DNA from: Octopus sinensis
Lineage: Eukaryota
Direction of reading: 5' to 3'
Assembly: GCF_006345805.1 (NCBI RefSeq)
Contig: NW_021829753.1
Coordinates: 1-5,980 of the forward strand
DNA length: 5,980 nucleotides
The position numbers were made by a program, and so were the translations under genes. Below are positions 1 to 5,921 of the stretch, piece after piece. The first letter of the stretch is position 1. The number at the start of each line of letters is the position of its first letter. The notes under the pieces are model-generated. The model saw only the letters and a program-made list of their open reading frames with translations, was not told the DNA's origin and made no database searches.

Positions 1-80
1 GAGCCAGCAACGGTGTGAAGAAACTCGAGGCCTCGATGCCTCAACAGATTTTCACATTCCTCTGCTACATCCGAAACTTC

Positions 81-110
81 ACCACCACCACCACCACCAC
101 CACCACCACC
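81..110. repeat. (ACC)10 microsatellite
   Basis: Perfect ACC x10 read directly from the sequence. Confidence 0.97.
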
Positions 111-171
111 GCGCCGCCATCACTTACTACAAATACCCCTTTCCTTATAGTTCCATCTTCATTCCAAGCAC

Positions 172-246
172 CATCTTCATCATCGTCATCATCATCATCA
201 TCATCATCATCATTATCATCATCATCATCATCAACTTCCTCATCAT
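172..246. repeat. Imperfect (ATC)n microsatellite
   Basis: CATCATCAT runs with a few GTC/TTA/TTC interruptions. Confidence 0.93.
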
Positions 247-545
247 TTTCATTTCTTCTTCTTCCCCCTCCTCCTCCTCCCCTCCTGTCCCTTCCCCTTT
301 CTTCTCTCCCACCATTTCCTCCACTTCCTCCACCTCATTTTACTTTCTCCCCTTCGCCATCTTTCTCCTCTTCCTTTCACTCCTCTACTTCCGCTTCATA
401 TTCCTCCCCTTCAATATAATCATTTTTTCTATTTACCGTCCTCCTTTTTCTCCTTTTCGTTTTCTATTTCTTTCTTCTTTTTCTTCTCTTTTTCACTTCC
501 CTTTTCTTTCTTTCTCTATTACACTTTCTTCTTCTTCTTCTTCTT

Positions 546-576
<31 letters not shown>

Positions 577-600
577 TTCTTATTCTTCTTCCACTTTTCG
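247..600. repeat. Polypyrimidine low-complexity tract including (TTC)16 at 526-573
   Basis: Nearly all C/T on the + strand. Perfect TTC x16 at 526-573, then two TTATTC-type variants. Confidence 0.93.
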
Positions 601-650
601 TCGTTACAATAAAAAACCATTCATCTTCATCTTTGTTTCAACGTTATAAA

Positions 651-968
651 CATCACCACCACCACAACCAACACCACCACTACCACCACAACCAACACCA
701 CCACTACCACCACTACCAACGCCACCACAACAAACACCACCACCAACAACAACAACACGAGCACTAACACCACCACCACAACAACAACACCACCACCAAC
801 AACAACAACACAAGCACTAACACCACCACCACAACAACAACACCACAGCCACCATCACCACCACCACCACAACCACCACAACCACCAACAACACCACCGC
901 TACCAATACCATCACTGTTATCATCATCACCACCACCACAGCCATCATCATCATCATCACCATCATCG
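651..968. repeat. Compound (ACC/AAC/ATC)n microsatellite with 24-bp and 53-bp tandem duplications
   Basis: ACCACCACAACCAACACCACCACT x2 at 658-705 (exact). A 53-bp unit x2 at 734-839 (one mismatch, G759/A812; GCACTAA at 761 and 814). Confidence 0.93.
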
Positions 969-1190
969 TCTCTTCCTCCCTCCCATACATCGGCCCCTTC
1001 ACCCAACCAATATCTCCACAAACCTGCACCACTGACCCCATACACCACCCTTTTCCCCACCACACCCCAACCATCCTCGTCTCTTGGACCTCGCTGTTCT
1101 TGTCCGCAACAATTTTTTTTTCCTCTCTTGACACAGAATCCATTTTATTTCTTAATTGACTTGGCTGTTAGTTTTGGCAAACATCTAACG

Positions 1191-1250
<60 letters not shown>
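1191..1250. repeat. (CA)27 microsatellite
   Basis: Perfect CA run at 1195-1248 preceded by CACG. Confidence 0.97.
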
Positions 1251-1251
<1 letters not shown>

Positions 1252-1289
1252 TCAAATACACGCGCGCTTTTCTTTTTCAGACAGTTTTC

Positions 1290-1568
1290 GCTATATCTCT
1301 CTATGTACACACACACACACACATGTCTATGTATATACGTAAGTATATATAACTACGTATACGCATATAATACCCACGTATTTACGTATATACATATATA
1401 TATATGTGTGTGTGTGTGTATATGTGTTGTCTATAAACATATATGTATGTGTGGTCCATATATATATATATGCACATATCAATCTATCTATGTACCTATG
1501 TATCTCTCTCTCTATATATATATACAAATATATAGATATATCTATATATATATATATATATGTTTGTG

Positions 1569-1618
<50 letters not shown>

Positions 1619-1650
1619 CACATACATATATATATATATATATATGCACA
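1290..1650. repeat. Compound dinucleotide microsatellite cluster (CA/TA/TG/TC/GA)
   Basis: Alternating blocks of (CA)n, (TA)n, (TG)n, (TC)n and (GA)n. Confidence 0.93.
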
Positions 1651-1921
1651 TATCTTGTCTCATTTTTACCTCAACCTCTCTCATTCAGAAAATGGCTAAA
1701 AAAAAAAGAAAAAAAGTACGATTTCAAGCCTTTTTATTGTTTGTCTTTTTCTTTTGTTTTTTATTTCGGTTTTGTAGTAAATTTCCTTTTATTCATTTCT
1801 CTCTCTCTTTTTCTTCTTTTTTTTTTTTTGCTTTGGTGGCTGGACAGAGAGACCAGCATTTATCACCAATGCCTCATCTCGCCCCGCCTCACCTCACTAC
1901 AACAACACCTCTTAAAATCGC

Positions 1922-1980
1922 CACCACTACTACTACTAATGCCACTACCACTCCTGCTGCTACTACTGCTAATACTACTG
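1922..1980. repeat. Degenerate (ACT/ACC/GCT)n trinucleotide tract
   Basis: CCACCACTACTACTACTAATGCCACTACCACTCCTGCTGCTACTACTGCT. Confidence 0.8.
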
Positions 1981-1988
1981 TTCCGGTT

Positions 1989-2057
1989 GACGATGATGAC
2001 GATGATGACGATGATGATGATGATGGTGATCATGAAGACGACGATGATGATGACGAC

Positions 2058-2090
<33 letters not shown>

Positions 2091-2138
2091 GGTGGTGGTG
2101 GTGATGATGATGTCGATGATGACGATGATGATGATGAT
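1989..2138. repeat. (GAT/GAC)n microsatellite with central (GGT)9
   Basis: GAT/GAC runs on both sides of a perfect GGT x9 at 2076-2102. Confidence 0.95.
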
Positions 2139-2220
2139 CGTAAACTATACAACGACCACAAATTATGCCACCAGGACTGACATCGCAACCACTATAACCA
2201 ACATCATCAACAACAATGTT

Positions 2221-2260
2221 ACTACCACTCATACCACCACCACTACTACTACTACAACCG

Positions 2261-2309
<49 letters not shown>

Positions 2310-2380
2310 CACTACTACCACCACTGCAACCACTACTACCACTACTACTACAACTAGAACTACTTTTACTACTGCTGCTG

Positions 2381-2414
<34 letters not shown>

Positions 2415-2420
2415 GACTAC
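2221..2420. repeat. Imperfect (ACT)n microsatellite including (CTA)16 at 2261-2308
   Basis: Read directly; scattered ACC/GCT/ACA variants. Confidence 0.95.
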
Positions 2421-2473
2421 TTCTCCCAATAATAATAATTTTTTGCTACAAGGGGAGCTTAGGGACAATAGCA

Positions 2474-2506
<33 letters not shown>

Positions 2507-2777
2507 TCTGCCATCGAAGACGGCGTTTGAGTGCTCAGCTTTTTGTTGAACGGCCTGCACAAATGATTGGTTTGTAGTGATCGAACGGAAGTTCTGTACA
2601 TTCGCTCGTTCTCTCCATCAAATCGATGTTGCCTGAAGAGGTGTCGAAAAGGATCCCAGAGCAACGTGAGATGAAGTGACTTGCTCAAGAGCACAATGCA
2701 CCACACGGTCTAGGAATTGAAACCACGATCTCACGTTCGTGAGTGCCACTCTCCGACTACTAGACCATGCATCCTCA
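2474..2777 (-). mobile_element. tRNA-derived SINE with CORE-like motif and (ATC)n tail, probably near full length
   Basis: The minus strand reads GAGGATGCA-TGGTCTAGTAGT (A-box-like, 2767-2756), GGTTTCAATTCC (B-box-like, 2724-2713), then TTGTGCTCTTGAGCAAGTCACTTCATCTC, which resembles the MIR/CORE-SINE motif TGTGACCTTGGGCAAGTCACTTAACCTC. A unique body runs to 2504 and ends in (ATC)10 (+ strand ATG x10, 2474-2503). Family name not verified. Confidence 0.85.
2713..2767 (-). promoter_or_regulatory. Internal Pol III (type 2) A/B box pair of the SINE, degenerate
   Basis: A box TGGTCTAGTAG vs consensus TRGCNNARYGG; B box GGTTTCAATTCC vs GGTTCRANNCC; tRNA-like spacing. Confidence 0.6.
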
Positions 2778-2800
2778 CAACAGCAGCAACAGCAACAGTA

Positions 2801-2955
2801 GAGGCGCAATGGCCCAGTGGTTAGGGCAGCGGACTCGCGGTCGTAAGAACGCGGTTTCGATTCCCAGTGTTTATTGAGCAAAAACACCTAAGCTCCACGA
2901 GGTTCCGGCGGGGTTGGGTGAACCCCGCTGTACACTTTCACCACAACTTTCTCTC
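2801..2955 (+). mobile_element. tRNA-derived SINE, 5' portion (3'-truncated or interrupted)
   Basis: A box TGGCCCAGTGG at 2810-2820, D-arm GCCC-AGTGGTTA-GGGC at 2812-2827, B box GGTTTCGATTCC at 2853-2864, then TTGAGCAAAAACACCTAA (motif shared with the neighbouring SINE) and a GC-rich hairpin at 2906-2930. No tRNA 3' acceptor strand. The 3' boundary is approximate. Confidence 0.85.
2810..2864 (+). promoter_or_regulatory. Internal Pol III (type 2) A/B box pair of the SINE
   Basis: The A box matches TRGCNNAGTGG exactly; the B box is close to consensus. Confidence 0.7.
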
Positions 2956-3228
2956 AAAGCAGAAGAACCATGGTGTGACTACCAAGTGTCCACAAAACAT
3001 TGCTGACGAGGCAGGACGCTACAATGACATTTTTGTAAAACGAACAACATTAATAAATAATAATAGGAAGTCGTGTGAGGGGTGGTCGCGGAGACCACAT
3101 AAACCTCACGGTCAAACTGACCATTGAGCAAAATACCTTCCTTCTGTTGTTTTTATTTGATCTACAGGGCCAACCATTCGACTCATTCACTTCTCGACGA
3201 ATTTGCTGGAATGACAAACATGCAAACA

Positions 3229-3258
3229 TACACACACATATTATATGAATATATAATC

Positions 3259-3290
<32 letters not shown>

Positions 3291-3310
3291 ACATGTATAT
3301 ATATGTATGT
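3229..3310. repeat. Dinucleotide cluster including (GT)13 at 3265-3290
   Basis: A short (CA)n and TA-rich stretch, then perfect GT x13 and TA-rich sequence. Confidence 0.93.
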
Positions 3311-3428
3311 ATTATGTTCGTGTGTGTATCCAAGTATATGGTCGATGAGGATTTGGTCAAGGAGAAAAGTGTCCGTCTTCAGACATCTTAATGTGGTCCA
3401 CTACACAACCTCTTTCGCAACAGCCACC

Positions 3429-3440
3429 AATAATAATATA

Positions 3441-3512
<72 letters not shown>

Positions 3513-3534
3513 CAACAACAATAATAATAATAAT
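3429..3534. repeat. (AAT)n array with (AAC)4 insert at 3508-3519
   Basis: Read directly. Confidence 0.97.
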
Positions 3535-4095
3535 GCCCTGATGCAGTACCAGGCAGTGGTTCTCGTGGCTGCTGATCTTAACGATTGGAAGTGTTATCAT
3601 GTACATTGTTTGGTCTTGGTATAAAAGATGGGCTACAGCAAATATTCTACTCAATACCACAGATTTGCTTGTCAGTTGTTTGGCCTTAACCAGTTGAGCA
3701 TGTCCCTTAGTAGCTGACGATATGTGCATCTCTAATCATGAGCAGAAGTATTGGGGGAGCATCATAGCCGTGTGTTGAGAGGGATTCTTTGGGCTTGAAT
3801 AATTCCCCTCTGGAGACATGGGTGTTTCGTTCAACATCCTTAAACAACCCTTAAATTCAGGGACCTTTTGCTTGGGATGGTTTACTCGACCAAAAGAAAA
3901 TTCTAACTGCCCCCCCCCCCCCCCTGCAAGGTCATGCACTGTTAATTCTTGATATGAGATCACCATGTCGCGCACATATGGTTGTGATGCATGTGCCTAG
4001 TGTACCCTTATCAGACGGGTAGCCATGATGGGAATACTGGGCTTCGTACATTTTACCCCAATATCACTTTGATGGCATGCACTGCTCTCTCGCTC
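3535..4095. mobile_element. Unclassified 561-bp interspersed element bounded on both sides by (AAT)n
   Basis: A high-complexity island with sharp junctions AAT|GCCCTG and GCTC|AATAAT. I found no A/B box, no terminal inverted repeat and no recognisable ORF. It resembles a sequence I recall as recurrent in octopus DNA (unverified). Class and orientation unknown. Confidence 0.6.
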
Positions 4096-4140
<45 letters not shown>

Positions 4141-4169
4141 TAATAATAATATAATAATAATAATAATAA
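4096..4169. repeat. (AAT)n array
   Basis: Near-perfect AAT run with one irregularity near 4150. Confidence 0.97.
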
Positions 4170-4322
4170 GTTGTACCAATAATTGTCGCTGCCGTTGGAA
4201 CAGTGAGCAAAAATCTCGAGAAGTACGTGGAACAAATAGGGGCTGAAATAAGGGTGGAGCACTTGCAGAAAACAGTACTGCTTGGAACCGCTCGAATACT
4301 CTGGAAGGTGCTCGAAAAATAA
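4170..4322 (+). pseudogene. C-terminal 50 codons of a retrotransposon RT/RLE polyprotein: VVPIIVAAVGTVSKNLEKYVEQIGAEIRVEHLQKTVLLGTARILWKVLEK*
   Basis: Hand translation, open from 4170 to TAA at 4320-4322. It matches the pattern I recognise at the end of R4/Dong-type ORFs, V(V/I)PxxxGAxG...LQKxxLLGTARILRKVL. No start codon; upstream catalytic residues absent. Confidence 0.8.
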
Positions 4323-4416
4323 GAGGTGTTACCTTAGTTCACTGGTAGTGAACAGCTGACACTGTAGTATATCTCCAGCGTTAGAAGCTGTTCAAAGGCA
4401 ATGATAATAAATAAAA
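4170..4416 (+). mobile_element. 5'-truncated non-LTR retrotransposon 3' end, R4/Dong-like (restriction-like endonuclease type)
   Basis: ORF C-terminus (next feature), a 3'UTR of about 80 nt with hairpin GTTCACT-GGT-AGTGAAC (4337-4353), and a tail AATGATAATAAATAAAA (4400-4416). The 5' junction sits directly at the end of the (AAT)n array. Confidence 0.8.
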
Positions 4417-4636
4417 GCTGACTGTCCTTCCCAGGCAAAGGAAGACTGCAGGGTGATCTGTTCAATGGTTTCATTTGAAAACTGGATCCGTCCTACACAT
4501 GGCATCAGTTGTTCGACATAACACCGCAAGACAGCAATGCCCAGGCACTGGACGAATGCATGCTGAACAGTTTCGTCACTCAGCGCTATTCGTTAAGAAG
4601 GAGGGGGAGGTCAAAGGATGAGGTTAACTTCGCCTT

Positions 4637-4668
4637 CCATCATCCCATCATCCCATCATCCCATTATT
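4637..4668. repeat. (CCATCATC)3 plus a degenerate fourth unit
   Basis: Exact 8-mers at 4637, 4645 and 4653; CCATTATT at 4661. Confidence 0.9.
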
Positions 4669-5074
4669 ATCATGTACAAATTTCGGTATAAGCGATTGCT
4701 CTTCCGCTACCCCCACCACCAGCAAACTAATGGCCTTCGCACCAATATAAAACACGGATACTTTTCTGCTATTCCGAAACAACGGGGGAGATTCTATGCA
4801 GTTCCTTGACCTGCTAAAAATAGCTGCCAATTTCTCATATAAATCACGTCTTTCTAGAAAAGTTCTCACAGAACGCTTTAGAGAGAGCTGTCTGAGATAG
4901 ACTGCCCTGAACCTACCCCCCACTCCAAAAAAAACCCTGCCAATGCGAGAGATTGTATATATTTTCTTGAACTGCTAGAAATGTCAGTCAATTTCTAATA
5001 TAAATCATGCCCTTGTGGAAAGGTGTCGCACAAAAAGAACACTTTAGACAAAGTAGTCTGAGATAAATTACACC

Positions 5075-5473
5075 TTCTTTTTTCTTCCTTTCTTTTACTT
5101 GTTTCAGTCATTTGACTGCGGCTATGCTGGAGCACCACCTTTAGTGACCCCAGAACTTATTCTTTCGAAGCCTAGTACTTATTATATCGGTCTCTTTTGC
5201 CGAACCGCTAATGTTACGGGGACGTTAACACACCACCATCGGTTGTCAAGCGTTGTTGGGAGGACAAACACAAACACACAAACATATACACACATATATA
5301 TATACATATATACGACGGACTTCTTTTCAGTTTCCGTCTACCAAATCCACTCACAAGGCTTTGGTCGGCCGAGGCTATAGTAGAAGACACTTATCCAATG
5401 TGTCACGCAGTGGGAATGAACCCGGAACCATGTGGTTAGTAAGCAAGGTACTTACCACACAGCAACTCCTACG
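5075..5473 (-). mobile_element. Near full-length composite tRNA-derived SINE (tRNA head, CORE-like segment, internal TA/TG microsatellite, hairpin and A/G-rich tail)
   Basis: Minus strand: A-box-like TTGCTGTGTGGT (5465-5454), B box GGTTCATTCC (5422-5413), CACATTGGATAAGTGTCTTCT (CORE-like), internal (TA)/(TG) block at about 5312-5264, 3' hairpin CAGTC-AAAT-GACTG (5118-5105), tail AAGTAAAAGAAAGGAAGAAAAAAGAA. Resembles an abundant octopus SINE from recollection; name not verified. Confidence 0.87.
5413..5465 (-). promoter_or_regulatory. Internal Pol III A/B box pair of the SINE
   Basis: B box GGTTCATTCC fits GGTTCRNNCC; the A box is degenerate. Confidence 0.6.
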
Positions 5474-5635
5474 AAAAAAAAAAGCAAAGAAAGAAGGAAC
5501 CAACGTGAGATTCTATGAAGTTTTTGACCTGCTAAAAATAGAAGCCGATTCCTTATATAAATCACGCCTTTGTAGAAAAGTGTCTCACAGAAAGAACATT
5601 TTAGACAAAATAGTCTTAGATAAACTACACCTGAA

Positions 5636-5753
5636 AAAAAAATACAAGAAATTACGATTGGAACGTCTTTGATCATAAGTACTGCTGGTTCAGAACCTGA
5701 CCTAATGGCTAAAACAACTACAAAACCAAATAATAACCACAGCAATAAATAAC
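5636..5753 (+). mobile_element. Probable 3' end and (AAC/AAT)-like tail of the repeat family that supplied the 160-bp unit
   Basis: Copy 3 continues into GGAACGTCTTTGATCATAAGTACTGC...CTGACCTAATGGCTAAAAC followed by a decayed AAC/AAT tail. It resembles a retroposon 3' end I recall from octopus DNA; unverified. Confidence 0.5.
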
Positions 5754-5921
5754 ATTCTATAGATCTGTAGAACTTTGAAAAATCCTAATTTTAATGGTTT
5801 AAAAATATCGTTTAGAATTTTCACTTGCTTTGATAAACAAGGGGTGGGAAAAACCAGTTTAGCAAAGAATTTAAAGAAATATTAGACTTCTGGAGAGGTT
5901 TCTAAAATTTATTATAATGTA

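Larger units (their letters stand above)
4780..5635 (+). repeat. Three diverged copies of a unit with ~160-bp period (anchors at 4788, 4949, 5507), the second interrupted by a SINE
   Basis: Shared ordered motifs: GAGATT (4788/4949/5507), TTGA(C/A)CTGCTA (4806/4967/5524), ATATAAATCA (4837/4998/5555), GTCT(G/T)AGATA (4890/5056/5613). TTGACCTGCTAAAAATAG is identical in copies 1 and 3. Confidence 0.9.

Noticed and set aside
1-121. Possible exon at the window edge (minus-strand ATGGCGGCG in good Kozak context; G10-EVSDVAEECENLLRH frame)
   Set aside because: The ATG frame stops after the GGT repeat, the open frame has no start or acceptor, and no protein family is recognisable. Flanking sequence would be needed.
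1113-1344. Acceptor (CAG at 1134-1136) plus donor (GTAAGT at 1339-1344)
   Set aside because: The implied exon would contain (CA)27, and such motifs are common by chance in this composition.
2459-2464. TTAGGG telomeric motif
   Set aside because: Single copy, not an array.
15-2577. Long ORFs of 62-424 aa in the track (poly-T/S/D/G/M/V/H, mucin-like)
   Set aside because: They are translations of tri- and dinucleotide repeats, open in several frames on both strands. One crosses a 53-bp duplication, and the 424-aa ORF runs through dinucleotide repeats into a SINE.
2801-2872. Functional tRNA gene
   Set aside because: The D-arm and A/B boxes are present, but the anticodon arm is non-canonical, the T-stem is weak and there is no 3' acceptor strand. 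It continues into SINE body sequence.
2956-3075. Hammerhead ribozyme built on CTGACGA (3003-3009)
   Set aside because: No GAAA with correctly paired stems II and III in any of the type I, II or III arrangements I tried; the candidates read GAAC or GAAG.
3137-3170. Strong-looking splice acceptor TTTTTATTTGATCTACAG|G
   Set aside because: No donor or meaningful ORF downstream; probably repeat-derived sequence.
3700-3755. Hammerhead built on CTGACGA (3714-3720)
   Set aside because: Stem II does not close and there is no GAAA.
3388-4179. Minus-strand ORFs across the 561-bp element
   Set aside because: Short, no recognisable motifs, and they extend into ATT repeats.
4540-4595. Minus-strand CTGAGTGACGAAAC...GTC hammerhead look-alike
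   Set aside because: The core does not fit CTGANGA, and stems I and III do not pair.
4619-4641. GAGGTTAACTTCGCCTTCCATC as a fragment of another SINE
   Set aside because: A 23-nt resemblance from memory only; too short to support.
4780-5635. CRISPR-like repeat-spacer array
   Set aside because: The units are long, diverged and contiguous with no unique spacers, the context is eukaryotic, and there are no cas genes.
5253-5745. ORFs 5253-5672 (+) and 5452-5745 (-)
   Set aside because: They span a SINE, an A-run and a repeat unit, so they are chance open frames.
5755-5772. Imperfect 18-bp palindrome TTCTATAGATCTGTAGAA
   Set aside because: Isolated, with one mismatched pair and no partner terminus; plausible by chance in AT-rich DNA.
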